From positions 186,001 through 250,000 of the forward strand of contig JAPDFW010000057.1 of assembly GCA_028826165.1 (NCBI GenBank): a stretch of 64,000 nt of DNA, in the 5' to 3' direction. Every line of letters starts with the position of its first letter. Position 1 is the first letter of the stretch. Origin of the DNA: Anaeramoeba ignava BMAN. Lineage: Eukaryota > Protista > Anaeramoebae. This document shows positions 35,347 through 48,038 of the stretch, piece after piece. Under the pieces are notes generated by a model. That model was not told the DNA's origin, did not search any database, and saw nothing but the letters and a program-made list of their open reading frames with translations. The position numbers were made by a program, and so were the translations under genes.

Positions 35347-38300
35347 ATGCAATCCAATTCAAATCAAGAAATTGAAAATAAACAAGAAAATAATAAAATT
35401 ATTATACAAAATGAAGAGAGTAATTATTTTTTAATTTTTTTTCAATTTACTTTTCTAATTTTTCTCATTTTTAAATTCCAAAAAAAACATCAATAAAAAA
35501 TAAGAAAATGAAAATATAAATCAAAACCAAAATGAAATTGAAGATATAAATAAAAATTTAAATGAAAACCAAAATGAAAATCAAAATCAAAATCAAATTG
35601 AAAACCAAAATGAAAACCAAAATGAAAACCAAAATGAAAATCAAAATAAAAATAAAAATCAAATTGAAAATGAAATTCAAAACCAAAATCAAAATGAAAT
35701 TGAAAATCAAAATGAAATTCAAATTGAAAATCAAATTGAAAATCAAAATGAAATTCAAAATCAAATTGAAAATCAAATTCAAAATCAAAATGAAAATCAA
35801 AATCAAAATCAAAATCAAAATCAAAATCAAAATCAAAATGAAAATCAAAATGAAAATCAAAATCAAAATCAAAATCAAAATCAAAATCAAAATCAAAATC
35901 AAAATCAAAATAAAAAAAAATCAAAATAAAAATCAAAATAAAAATCAAAATAAAAATCAAAATAAAAATCAAATTGAAAATCAAAATTTAAATCAAAATC
36001 AAAATCAAAATCAAAACCAAAACCAAAACCAAAATGAAATTCAAAATAAAAATGAAAATCAAAATGAAATTCAAAATCAAAATGAAAATCAAAATGAAAT
36101 TCAAAATCAAAAATCAAAATCAAATTGAAAATCAAAATCAAATTGAAAATCAAATTGAAAATCAAAAATCAAATTGAAAATCAAATTGAAAATCAAATTG
36201 AAAATCAAAATGAAAATCAAATTGAAAATCAAAATCAAATTCAAAATCAAATTGAAATTCAAAATCAAATTCAAAATATAATTGCAAATGGAGATGAAGA
36301 TGAATCAACAATGTCAACAAGAAATCAAGTTGCAAATGAAATTTTAACAACAGAAAGAAGTTATGTAACAAATTTAAGCATTTTAGTAAATGTATATAAT
36401 TTTGAAAATGAAATTCATTTTAAGATTCTTTTATTCAAAAAGAAAATTATCATTTTGATATTTTTTTCATTTTTTCCAAAAAAAAAAACAAAGGATTTTT
36501 TAAATGAACTTAAAAATTTTGCACGTGAAAATAAACCCATTATTAATGAGAAAGATATTGCTTCTATATTCTCAAATATTTATGGAATTTTATCAGTAAT
36601 AATTTTAATATTAAAATTGATAACGAAAAGGATTTTATTCAAATTAAAAAAATTTTTTCTTTGTTTTTTGGATTTGAATTTATTAAAGATTAATTTAGAA
36701 TTACAAAATGAATTAGAAGAAAGAATTAAAAATTGGGATGATAATAGTCGTTTAGGAGATTTTTTCTTAAAACTTGTAATACTTTTAAAAACAAAAAGAA
36801 AAATAATTTTTTATTCAAAAACAACAACAACAAAATCACTTTCTTAATTTTAGATTCCATATCTTAGATTGTATAAAAGTTATATTCAATCATATGATAC
36901 AGCAATACAAACACTTCTAAAATATAAAAAAATGTCTAAATATTCTCAATGGGAAGCTGTAAAAAAAATTATTAATATTTTTATTAGAATTTCAAAAAAA
37001 AAACAATTTATCTTTTGGATTGATTTTGTTTTTACAGGAAAAGAAAAAACAACATGGCGGACTTTCATTGGAAAGCTATCTTATTATGCCAGTTCAAAGA
37101 CTCCCAAGATACCAATTACTTCTTAAAGTAAAAAAATAAATCGGAAAAAAAAATAAATACAAATATTTTTATTATGTATTGTTGTAATAAATATTTGAAA
37201 TTCAGGAATTAGTCAAAAATACAAATGAAAATCATTGTGATTTTAATGATTTAATGAAAGCGCAAAATGAAATTACTCAACTTAATAATACAGTGAATGA
37301 ATCAATTAAAGAAAAAGAACATATGAATAAAATGCTAGAAATACAACATAGAATTACTAACAAACCAATTGTAAAATTAAAAAAATGAAACAGAAATTGT
37401 TTTTTTATTAAAAAAATTTTTATCATTTTTAATAATTCCAGAAAGATGTACTTGTTGCTCCTCATCGAAGATATATTTATGAAGGGGATTTAATGAAAAT
37501 TTCGAAAAAGAAACCTTTGAAAAAACATTTTGCGTTGTTTAGTGATATTCTTTTTTATGGAATTGTTTCTGGTGGAAATTATACTGTATTGATTCAGATT
37601 TTTTCATTTTAAATTTAATAACTTTGCTTTCTTTTTTCTTCTTTTTGATTTAGATTGAAAAAAAATGTCATTTAAGATATGTTTATGTTAGAGGATTTGA
37701 AGATAATTCTTGTAAATATTTTAAGAAAAAAGAAATCAAATATTCAAAAAAAATTCATTTTCTTTTGTTTTTGATCATTTAATTTTTCATAATCATAAGT
37801 TTTACAAAATGCAATTGGAATTAAATACACAAATAAAATTATAACATTAACTGCAAATTCATCGGAAGAAAAAAATAAATGGATTGATTTAATTAAAAAA
37901 GCAAGTGATGAATTAAGACATAATTATTCCACTTTACAAATTGATAAAGAATCGGAAATTTCACAATTTTTAGATCATGATTTTGTATATGAAGAAAATA
38001 AAGATTTTAATGAATCTCAAATTCCGATGTGGGTTCCATTTTATTTATGTCATGAATGTTCAATTTGTCAGACTTCTTTTGGGACTTTTAAAAGAAAAGT
38101 ATAAAAATTTAAAATTTATTTAAAAAATTAAAATTAAAATCAAAATTAAAATCAAAATCAAAATTAAAATTAAAATTAAAATTAAAATTAAAATTAAAAT
38201 TAAAATTCAAAATTAAAAATAAAATTTAAATTAAAATTAAAATTAAAATTAAAATTTAAATTTAAAATCAAAATTTAAAATCATCTTTCTTAGTATCATT

Positions 38301-41300
38301 GCAAAAATTGTGGAAATGTTGTTTGCAATTCTTGTTCTAGACATAAAGCTATTTTACCTCATTTTGATTCTACTCCAAGACGAATTTGCAATAAATGTAG
38401 TTTACTTTTTAATACTAATGAAGAAAATTTACCAGAAGATTTCGAAATAATAGAAAATGGTAAGAAATTTCAAATTAATTTAATAAATAATTTTAATAAA
38501 TAATTTTAATAAATGAATCCAAAAAAAAATGAAAAAGATAATATCGAAAAAAAAAAGCTTACAAAACATAATACACTTGCTTCTATAACAATAAATAACG
38601 AAAAAACAAAAAATGAAAAACCAAAACTTCTTAAATCAAGTAATAGAACTTTATCAGCTTATCCAAATATAAAAAATGAAGGAGATGAAACATTTGAATT
38701 GATATCTTTAGAATTTAAATCAAATAAACCATATATTGATCAAGACAGATTCGTATCACAAAGAGTAAAGAAAGAAATACCTCCAAAAAAACCTCTAAAA
38801 ACAGAATTCCAAAAACAAAAATCATTGGAAATTCAACAAAAATATCAACAAAAATTTGATGAACTCGAAAAAAATGGGATTAATTTACATGAATATGCTT
38901 TTGAACAATATCAACTTTTTATAATCAAAATGATTGAATCAAATTCAAATGGAATCAAAGAATCTGAAGAATCTGAAAAAACTGAAAAATCTGAAAATAA
39001 AAAATTTGTTGATAAAGTAATAAAACAAACAGATAAACAAAAAGATAAACAAAAAGAAATAGAACCTCATTGGGTTTTACCTAAATTACCTGAAGAACAA
39101 AAGTTAACTAAACATAAATCAAAGGAAAAACAAATTAAGAATGAAAATATAACTTCTCAAAAAATGAAAAAAGCTAAATCACAAAGTAATTTAATGAAGA
39201 ATGAAAAAAAAGGAGATCATAATTTAATTAATGAACCTGAAAATGATCCAAAAAATAATTTGAGTAACCAACCAAGAATCCAATCTTTAGCAAATATATT
39301 GAATCAACCAAGACAAAAATCAAATCAAACAACTAATAGAAGCAAACCTCCACTTCCAACAAGATTAACACCAAATGAAATACAAAAGAAACTACAAAAT
39401 CAAAATAAACCACCAATTCAACCAAGATTAAAACCAAATGAAACAGAAAATGAAGATAAACCACCAATTCAACCAAGATTAAAACCAAATGAAACAGAAA
39501 ATCAAGATAAACCACCAATTCAACCAAGATTAAAACCAAATAAAACAGAAAATGAGGATAAACCACCAATTCAACCAAGATTAAAATCAAATGAAACAGA
39601 AAATCAAAATAAACCACCAATTCAACCAAGATTAAAACCAACTTCACCTCAATTACAAAATCAAAATAAACCACCAATTCAACCAAGATTAAAACCAAAT
39701 AAAACAGAAAATGAAGATAAACCACCAATTCAACCAAGATTAAAACCAACTTCACCTCAATTACAAAATCAAAATAAACCTCCAATTCAACCAAGATTAA
39801 AACCAAATAAAACAGAAAATGAAGATAAACCACCAATTCAACCAAGATTAAAACAAACTTCACCTCAAATACAAAATCAAAATAAACCACCAATTCAACC
39901 AAGATTAAAACCAAATAAAACAGAAAATGAAGATAAACCTCCAATTCAACCAAGATTAAAACAAACTTCACCTCAAATACAAAATCAAAATAAACCACCA
40001 ATCCAACCAAGATTAAAACAAAATTCACCTCCAACAACTAATAGAAGCAAACCTCCACTTCCAACAAGATTAACACCAAATGAAATACAAAAGAAACTAC
40101 AAAATCAAGATAAACCTCCAATTCAACCAAGATTAAAACCAAATGAAACAGAAAATCAAGATAAACCTCCAATTCAACCAAGATTAAAACAAACTTCACC
40201 TCAAATACAAAATCAAGATAAACCTCCAATTCAACCAAGATTAAAACCAACTTCACCTCAAATACAAAATGAAGATAAACCACCAATTCAACCAAGATTA
40301 AAACCAAATAAAACAGAAAATGAAGATAAACCACCAATTCAACCAAGATTAAAACCAACTTCACCTCAAATACAAAATCAAAATAAACCACCAATTCAAC
40401 CAAGATTAAAACCAACTTCACCTCAATTACAAAATCAAAATAAACCACCAATTCAACCAAGATTAAAACCAACTTCACCTCAAATACAAAATGAAAATAA
40501 ACCTCCAATTCAACCAAGATTAAAACCAACTTCACCTCAAATACAAAATCAAGATAAACCTCCAATTCAACCAAGATTAAAACCAACTCAAATACAAAAT
40601 GAAGATAAACCTCCAATTCAACCAAGATTAAAACCAACTTCACCTCAAATACAAAATCAAGATAAACCTCCAATTCAACCAAGATTAAAACCAACCCAAA
40701 GAGCAAGAGCAACTCAAAATCAACCATTTCAAGCAAGATCAAGAACAGGAAGAAGATCTCCTCAACAAAATCAATCAGAAGACCAAAATCAAAATAAAAC
40801 ACAATTCCCACAAAGAGCAAGAGTATTACAAAGAGCAAGAAGATTTCAACAAGTATTTCAAGCAAGATCAAGAACAGGAAGAAGATCTCCTCAACAAAAT
40901 CAATCAGAAGACCAAAATCAAAATAAAACACAATTCCCACAAAGAGCAAGAGCAACTCAAAATCAACCATTTCAAGCAAGATCAAGAACAGGAAGAAGAT
41001 CTCCTCAAAAAAATCAAAATCAAAATCAAAATCAAAATCAAAATTGAAACTAAAATTGAAACTAAAATTGAAAATAAAAATCAAAATCAAAATCAAAATC
41101 AAAATCAAATTGAAACTAAAATTGAAACTGAAACTAAAAATCAAATTGAAACTAAAAATCAAAATGAAACTAAAATTGAAAATCAAATTGAAACTAAAAA
41201 TGAAAATGAAACTAAAAATGAAAATCAAAATCAAAAATCAAAATCAAATTGAAACTAAAAATGAAAATGAAACTAAAAATGAAACTAAAAATGAAAATCA

Positions 41301-41505
41301 ACTTGAAAATCAAATTGAAACTAAAAATCAAATTGAAAATCAAATTCAAGAAAAGGAAGAAAGTGAACAATCTATAAAAAAACCAAAAAGAAGAGCTCCA
41401 CCTCCTCCAAAATTAAAATCAACATCAGAAAATATTTCAAAATCACCTGTTAATCCTCCTAAAGTTAAAAGACCACCTCCAAGAATTCCACAAAAATTGA
41501 ATTAA
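35347..41505 (+). CDS. FGD-like RhoGEF: Q/N/E low-complexity N-terminus, DH-PH-FYVE, long proline-rich repeat tail; multi-exon
   Basis: RNQVANEILTTERSYV, YLIMPVQRLPRYQLLL (DH); PHRRYIYEGDL..LFSDIL..WI (PH); WVP..CSIC..FKRK|YHCKNCGNVVCNSCS..RICNKC (FYVE). Frameshifts in the QN repeats. Confidence 0.88.
39330..40700 (+). repeat. Coding tandem repeat: 23 x KPPIQPRLK with 17/19-aa period, plus 2 x KPPLPTR
   Basis: Counted in ORF 38513-41047. Confidence 0.92.
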
Positions 41506-41809
41506 AATTAAAATTAAAATTAAAATTAAAATCAAAATCAAAATTAAAATTGAAATTAAATTTAAAATTAAAATTAAATTTGAAATTAAAATTAATTTTG
41601 AAATTAAAATTAAAATCAAAATTGAAATCAAAATCAAAATTAAAATTAAAATTAAAAATCAAAATTAAAATCAAAATTAAAATTAAAATCAAAATCAAAA
41701 TTAAAATTAATTTTGAAATTAAAATTAAAATTCAAAATTGAATTTAAAATCAAAATTAAAATTAAAATTCAAAATTTTCATTTTTTCTTTTCATTTTTTT
41801 TGTTCCAAA

Positions 41810-44800
41810 ATGAATATTTGGAAGCTTATTGAAGAAAATGATTTAAATTCAATAAAATCGTTACTTGAAAAAGAAAAAAATAAAATAAGAAATGAAAAAA
41901 ATCAAACTCTTTTACAATTTGCATGTTTAAAAAAAGCAAAAAAAGAAACAATAAAAATAATAATTTCACACACAGAAAATATAAATGCAAAAAATAATCA
42001 AGAAAGAACAGCACTTCATTTTGCATTAATAAAAAATCTTGATTTGGAATCAATTGAATTACTTATAAATTCTGGATCTGATATAAATATTGAGGATTGC
42101 CAACTAAAAACACCTTTGGACTATTCAATCACAAAAAAATCACCGATTGAAATCATTTCTCTTCTCATTTTGAAAGGAGCAAATATAAACCATTTTAATG
42201 CAAATCAAGAAACTGCATTTGCAATTGAAGTAAGAACAAATTGCAGACAAGAAATTATGGAATTTTTGTTGGAAAATGGAGCTTTTATAAACACAGAAAA
42301 TTTATTTGGAAGAACACCTTTACACAACGCAATAATTTCAAGAAAATCTCCTCAATCAATCAAGTTTCTTTTATCAAAAGGAGCAAATATTAATATCAGG
42401 GATTATTCAAATAATATTCCTCTGTTTTATTCATTCAATTACAAGAAATATCGCAAAGAAATTATTCAATTACTTGTCAATTCAGACACAAATTTAAATC
42501 ATCAAGATTCGTTTTCGAAAAATACTTGTTTGCATAATTCGATTTTATATTCTTCAAAGAGGATCACCAATCTATTGATAGAAAAAGGAGCAAATATGAA
42601 TATTCAAAATAAAGAGTTGAAATCACCTTTACATTTGGAATTGGAAAATAAAAAACGGTTTTCTGTTGTGAAATTGCTAGTGGATAGCGGAGCCGATTTG
42701 AATATATTGGATGAATTGGGATTTAGTCCTCTTCAAACAGCAATAAAAAACGATGTTCCAATTCAGATTATCAAATTTCTCTTGCAAAAGGGTGCAGATC
42801 CCAACTTCTATTCAGAAAGAACGCTAAGACCTCTTCATTTTCTTCTTCACAAGCAACTCAACAAAAAAATTTGGGATGAGGATTATGTTGTGGAAGTTTT
42901 TCAACTACTGATGGGATTTGGAGCTGATTTGGATTTTGAGGATATATTTTCAAACAATATTTTACATCTTGCAAGTCAAACACAATTTGGGAAAATCATA
43001 AAAATTTTGGTTGAGAAAATGGGGTCGAAATTACTCAATTCCAAAAATAGATGGGGAAGAACACCTCTCCATTCAGCAATGTATGCAAAACATCCATTCG
43101 AAATCATCCAACTACTAACAAGTGAGGAAATGAAAAAATCACCAAATGATTTCGGACCATCTTTTTTGAGTTATGCAATTGAATATGAAACTAGGGATGT
43201 GATTGAGTATTTTTACGATATGGGAGCTGCTTTAGTGAGGGATCCATCAAAATATCACGATCCGTTGTTCCATTTTGTGTCAAGAAACTATGAGCCCGTT
43301 TTGTATAATAAATTGTTTCCTGGAGTTTCGCGAGAAGAACTTTTTTCGGTTGCATGTGAATACGAACAAACAATTCCGCTTGCAGAATCTTTGATTGATG
43401 ATGGTTTTGATGTGAATTATGAGAATGAGAAGCATATGACACTTGCCCATTTTATTTGCATGAATAAAACGAGCGTTAAATTGCTTGAATTTGTGATTTC
43501 AAAAGGGATTGATTTGAATAAAAAGGATATTTATGGAGAAACCGCCTTGCATTATCTTATGGGAGGAAAAAAGGGGAATTCGAATGATTTTATTGGTTTG
43601 TTGGTGAAATCGGGAGTTGATATCGAGAGTAAAAATAACCAGGGAGAAACTCCACTGCATTTGGGATGCGGATTTTCAGGCACAGAAAAGGAAAACATCT
43701 TAGAATTAATCCGTCATGGAGCAGATGTGAATTGTGTTACTTCAAGAGGAATGACTCCATTGCATTTGGCTATTAGCTACAACAGAGATGTTATTCCGAT
43801 TCTTTTGGAAAATGGAGCTGATATCAAAATCGCAAACTTAAATCATGAGCTCCCTTTCCATTTTGCTTGCCAGTTTTTTTTCAAAAAGAAAGAAATTGAA
43901 CGTTTTTATTTTCCAGAAATTGATGTCAATGCAAAAACAACTTTATTAACACCTTTAATGTATGCAACAATCATCCCAAGCAATCTGGAAGTTTTCCAAT
44001 ACTTGGTTTCCAAAGGAGCAGATGTGAATTCGCCTGACAATGTTTATTATTCGGGGAATTTAATCACAAAATTAATCCAAAAATCGGATCCAAGTCCGAA
44101 ATTGATTCGCTTTCTTGTTGAGTGCGGAATAAAAACAGATTTTGTTGATATGAACAATAACACTCTTTTGCATCTTATTTGCGCATTTTCTCAAATTCCT
44201 TTTGAAATTCTGCAAATTATCATCAATTCATCAGAAATAGATATTAATGCAATTAATAATAAAGGATTTTCAGCACTTGGAAATGCGTTAAATGGAACAG
44301 AACCCAAAGTGGTTGAGTTTCTTTTGCAAAAAGGAGCAAATTTATCAGGGGTTCATTTAGACGGGTTGTCTTCTCAAATGAAGCTTGTGATTTCAAATTA
44401 TTTTGGTTTGTCAAACGACTTGTGGAAATTATATACTCGCGGCGAATTTTCAGATCTCCAAATTATTCATTCGAAAAATACATTCAAATTGAATAGTTTG
44501 ATTTTAGTTATCCGTTTATATGATTTCGATCCAAAAACTGATGAAACAACTACTGATCTTGATCCGAAAAAAAGCACGAAAATATCCTCAATTTTATCCA
44601 GATTTACCGCAAACATTAAATTGGAAAATGAAGAAAAAGCATTACAAATAATCAAGTTCCTTTATTCAGGTTATACAGATTTGGAAAAATATTCTTTGGA
44701 TGAGAAAATATTGGTGAAATTCTTCCACAAGAGAATGAATTTTGATTTGGATTGGATCAAGAAGAAATCAGGAAAATCAGGTCTATTATCTGATTTAGAA

Positions 44801-45151
44801 AAACTATTCAATCATCAAGCAAGTAAAGATTTTTGCATAAATTCAAATGGAAAACAATTTTTCATCCATAAATTGATTTTGATTGCAAGAAGCAGATTAT
44901 TTCGTGGAATGTTTCTATCGGTTACTGAGGATAAATCTAATCAAGTCTCAGAATACCATAATCTTTCCCTCAAAGCTTTACAAGAAATGATTAGGTTTTT
45001 CTATCTTGATAATTTTGATCCAACAATTTCAAATGAAATTTTGGATGAACTCAAAACAGCTTCTGATTTTTATCAAATTCGACAACAAGATAATTTTGAT
45101 TATCAAATTGAAAAGATTTTTAATTCAAAATTTCGAATAAAGAAAAAATAG
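41810..45151 (+). CDS. Ankyrin-repeat (diverged repeats) + tandem BTB protein; intronless
   Basis: Many TPLH-type repeats; IHKLILIARSRLFRGMFLSV. Start MNIWKLIEEN parallels MNIWEIIEQN of the 31270 gene. Confidence 0.9.
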   Translation: MNIWKLIEENDLNSIKSLLEKEKNKIRNEKNQTLLQFACLKKAKKETIKIIISHTENINAKNNQERTALHFALIKNLDLESIELLINSGSDINIEDCQLKTPLDYSITKKSPIEIISLLILKGANINHFNANQETAFAIEVRTNCRQEIMEFLLENGAFINTENLFGRTPLHNAIISRKSPQSIKFLLSKGANINIRDYSNNIPLFYSFNYKKYRKEIIQLLVNSDTNLNHQDSFSKNTCLHNSILYSSKRITNLLIEKGANMNIQNKELKSPLHLELENKKRFSVVKLLVDSGADLNILDELGFSPLQTAIKNDVPIQIIKFLLQKGADPNFYSERTLRPLHFLLHKQLNKKIWDEDYVVEVFQLLMGFGADLDFEDIFSNNILHLASQTQFGKIIKILVEKMGSKLLNSKNRWGRTPLHSAMYAKHPFEIIQLLTSEEMKKSPNDFGPSFLSYAIEYETRDVIEYFYDMGAALVRDPSKYHDPLFHFVSRNYEPVLYNKLFPGVSREELFSVACEYEQTIPLAESLIDDGFDVNYENEKHMTLAHFICMNKTSVKLLEFVISKGIDLNKKDIYGETALHYLMGGKKGNSNDFIGLLVKSGVDIESKNNQGETPLHLGCGFSGTEKENILELIRHGADVNCVTSRGMTPLHLAISYNRDVIPILLENGADIKIANLNHELPFHFACQFFFKKKEIERFYFPEIDVNAKTTLLTPLMYATIIPSNLEVFQYLVSKGADVNSPDNVYYSGNLITKLIQKSDPSPKLIRFLVECGIKTDFVDMNNNTLLHLICAFSQIPFEILQIIINSSEIDINAINNKGFSALGNALNGTEPKVVEFLLQKGANLSGVHLDGLSSQMKLVISNYFGLSNDLWKLYTRGEFSDLQIIHSKNTFKLNSLILVIRLYDFDPKTDETTTDLDPKKSTKISSILSRFTANIKLENEEKALQIIKFLYSGYTDLEKYSLDEKILVKFFHKRMNFDLDWIKKKSGKSGLLSDLEKLFNHQASKDFCINSNGKQFFIHKLILIARSRLFRGMFLSVTEDKSNQVSEYHNLSLKALQEMIRFFYLDNFDPTISNEILDELKTASDFYQIRQQDNFDYQIEKIFNSKFRIKKK

Positions 45152-45181
45152 AAATTCAATAAAAATTTTTAATTCTAAATT

Positions 45182-46006
45182 TTAATTAATATCATTTGAT
45201 TGTTTTCTCTTTTTTGTTTTATCAATTTTTTTCTTTTCCAAATTCTGCATATCATATATTTTGGAAAATATTTTTTGATTTTCAATTTTCTCATTTGATT
45301 TTTGATGATCAAATTGTGTTTTTATTTGGAAATTCTTGATTTGAAGAAATAAAGTTGAATCAAGAAAATTCAAAGCCCAAAAATCAATATATTTTCTTTT
45401 AAATAATTCTAGAATTAAATTTTGAAGGAAAATGTAATTATTTTCATCTTGTTTTTGTTTAATGAAAAGAAATTGGAAAACTAAAAAAGAATTTGGATTT
45501 TGTAAATGGTCAAAAATATTGGGTTTTTCAGATTCAATTTTGTCAATAATTTCAATTAAATTTTTGTGAGAAGAATCTTTTTGCATTGATTTAAGAAAAT
45601 TTCTAATAAATTTCCCAATTATTTCTTCTATATTAACTGTTTCTAAACTTGAAAAATCTAAATTATCAACAAAAATTGATTTTTTATCATTTTTTAATAA
45701 GGAAATTAAACAATTTTTGGCATTTTCATTTCTTGATTTGGAAACATCATTAATTAGCCATTGAATATATTTTTTGTTTTTAATATCCTTTTCAAGAATT
45801 TTTTCAAATAATTTTGTTAAATATTTCGTTGAAAAAATTGGTTCTTGAATTAAACATGAAATTTTCTGAGTAATTAAATGAATTTTTGAATCAAAATCAT
45901 TTTGTGATAAAAAAGAGAGTAATTTTTGGAAAGCTATTTTGGAATGAAGAGGTTTAGAAGAAGTTATTTGGTCAAGTAAATTTAACATTTCCATTTCCAT
46001 TTCCAT
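45182..46006 (-). CDS. Hypothetical helical protein, 274 aa
   Basis: Open, non-repetitive ORF with ATG in typical context; no family recognised. Confidence 0.6.
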   Translation of the reverse strand: MEMEMEMLNLLDQITSSKPLHSKIAFQKLLSFLSQNDFDSKIHLITQKISCLIQEPIFSTKYLTKLFEKILEKDIKNKKYIQWLINDVSKSRNENAKNCLISLLKNDKKSIFVDNLDFSSLETVNIEEIIGKFIRNFLKSMQKDSSHKNLIEIIDKIESEKPNIFDHLQNPNSFLVFQFLFIKQKQDENNYIFLQNLILELFKRKYIDFWALNFLDSTLFLQIKNFQIKTQFDHQKSNEKIENQKIFSKIYDMQNLEKKKIDKTKKRKQSNDIN

Positions 46007-46079
46007 TTTTATTAAAAAGAAAAAGTAAAATTAAAATTAAAATTCATTTTTCATTTTTTTATTTTTTTTCTTTTCAAAA

Positions 46080-47861
46080 ATGAATGAAATTTTATTTTTT
46101 GGTCATAATCAATATCCAAAACTTATCAAAAATGAACCAGAAAAAATAACAAAACCAATTCAATTTAAATTTGAAAATGAAAATGAAAATGAAAATGAAA
46201 ATGAAATTAAACAAATTTCAACAAGTTATTTTGCAACAATTTTCCTTTTTAAAAATGGAAAAGCAATAGAATGTTTAAGTGAAAATGATTTAAATCAAAA
46301 TCCTGAAAAAATACAAATTGAAGAAAATATTCAAAAAGTAACTGTTGGTGCTCAAAATGAAGCTATTTTAACAATAGAAGGAAATGTATTTGCCAAAGGA
46401 GATTATATTAATTCAAAAAATCCAAATGAATTTATCAATATTTCATCATTAATTGAAGATAAAAATGATATAATAATTGAAGATATTGTTTCTGGATTAA
46501 GTTCAATTTACTTATTAACTTCAAATCAAAATGCTTATGGAATTGGTTCAAATGATTATAGTCAACTTGGTTTAGATTCTAAAACACTTAAAAATACAGA
46601 AAAACCAATTTTAATGATGAAAAATGTTTCTAAAATATTTACAGGAATTAATTCATATAATGTTTTTCTTTTAAATTCAAATCAAGAATTATTTGGATGC
46701 GGTGATAATAGATTTGGTAAACTTGGATTAGGAGAATCAAGAATAGAAAAAAAAATCCAAAAATTAACCAAAATCCAAAATATTCCAAAAGGCAAAATAA
46801 TTGATATTAAATGTGGATATACTTTTTCAATAATGTTGATTGAATATGAAAATCAAAATGAAAATCCAAAAAGAAAACTTTATTCATGTGGAGATTATGG
46901 ATATAATGGACTTGGTAAAAACGAAAATACTTATGAATTTACTGAAATCAAATCATCTTTATTTGAAAATGATTATATTCTTGAAATTTCTTGTGGATTT
47001 AAGCATACTTTGATTTTAACATCTCATTTTCAATTAATAGTATTTGGAAGTAATGTATATGGTCAATTAGGAACTGGAGATACAAAAAATCAATCAATTC
47101 CAATTCAAATTGAACTTCCTAAATTAAGATTTAACGAAGATATTTCTAATTATCATGTTTCTTGTGGCTCTGCGAGAACTTTTCTTTATTATTCTCCTCC
47201 TTCTTTTTCCAATCTTGAAGAAGATTTGATAAAATTATTTGAAAGAAAAGAATTTTGTAATATTTCATTTAAAACAAAAAATGGAGAAATAATTGAAGCT
47301 CATAAATTAATATTGAAATATAGATTAAATCAAAATCAAATTGAAAATGAAATTGAAAAACTTCAAGAAATTATTTCAAAAAAATCAATTAAAGAATCAA
47401 ATCAAATATTTGAAATGATTTATTCAAATAATTCCAAAATAAATCCAAAATTATATTCTGAAATTAAAGAAATTATAAATTCTAATGAAAAAATTGAAGA
47501 AACAATGAAAAGAATTTATTTAAATGAAAATGAAAATGAAAAAGATTTTATAATTGAAAGAAAAGAAAAACAATATAAATTTCCAAAATTAATATTAATA
47601 ATGAGAAGTGAATTATATCGAGGAATGTTTTTATCTGTAACAAATGATAAATCTAATAAAGTTACAGATTATAGTGAATTAAGTAATAAATCATTTCAAA
47701 TATTTGAATATTGGATTTATTCAAATCAAATTAAAGATGAAATTCAAATTACAAAAAGAATGATTAATGAAACCGAAAAAGGAATTGATTATTTTCAATT
47801 AAATCAAACAAATCCAAATTTATTTGATTTATTAGTTAAGAAATTTAATAATCAAAATTAA
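46080..47861 (+). CDS. RCC1-like beta-propeller + tandem BTB protein, copy 1 (intact)
   Basis: GxNxxGQLG RCC1 motifs; AHKLILKYR; LILIMRSELYRGMFLSV. Confidence 0.9.
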   Translation: MNEILFFGHNQYPKLIKNEPEKITKPIQFKFENENENENENEIKQISTSYFATIFLFKNGKAIECLSENDLNQNPEKIQIEENIQKVTVGAQNEAILTIEGNVFAKGDYINSKNPNEFINISSLIEDKNDIIIEDIVSGLSSIYLLTSNQNAYGIGSNDYSQLGLDSKTLKNTEKPILMMKNVSKIFTGINSYNVFLLNSNQELFGCGDNRFGKLGLGESRIEKKIQKLTKIQNIPKGKIIDIKCGYTFSIMLIEYENQNENPKRKLYSCGDYGYNGLGKNENTYEFTEIKSSLFENDYILEISCGFKHTLILTSHFQLIVFGSNVYGQLGTGDTKNQSIPIQIELPKLRFNEDISNYHVSCGSARTFLYYSPPSFSNLEEDLIKLFERKEFCNISFKTKNGEIIEAHKLILKYRLNQNQIENEIEKLQEIISKKSIKESNQIFEMIYSNNSKINPKLYSEIKEIINSNEKIEETMKRIYLNENENEKDFIIERKEKQYKFPKLILIMRSELYRGMFLSVTNDKSNKVTDYSELSNKSFQIFEYWIYSNQIKDEIQITKRMINETEKGIDYFQLNQTNPNLFDLLVKKFNNQN

Positions 47862-48038
47862 AATTAAAAATTAAAATTAAAATTAAAATTAAAATTAAAA
47901 TTAAAATTAAAATTAAAATTAAAATTAAAATTAAAATTAAAATTAAAATTAAAATTAAAATTAAAATTAAAATTAAAATTAAAATTAAAATTCAAATTAA
48001 AATCATTTTTCATTTTTTCATTTTTTTTCTTTTCAAAA

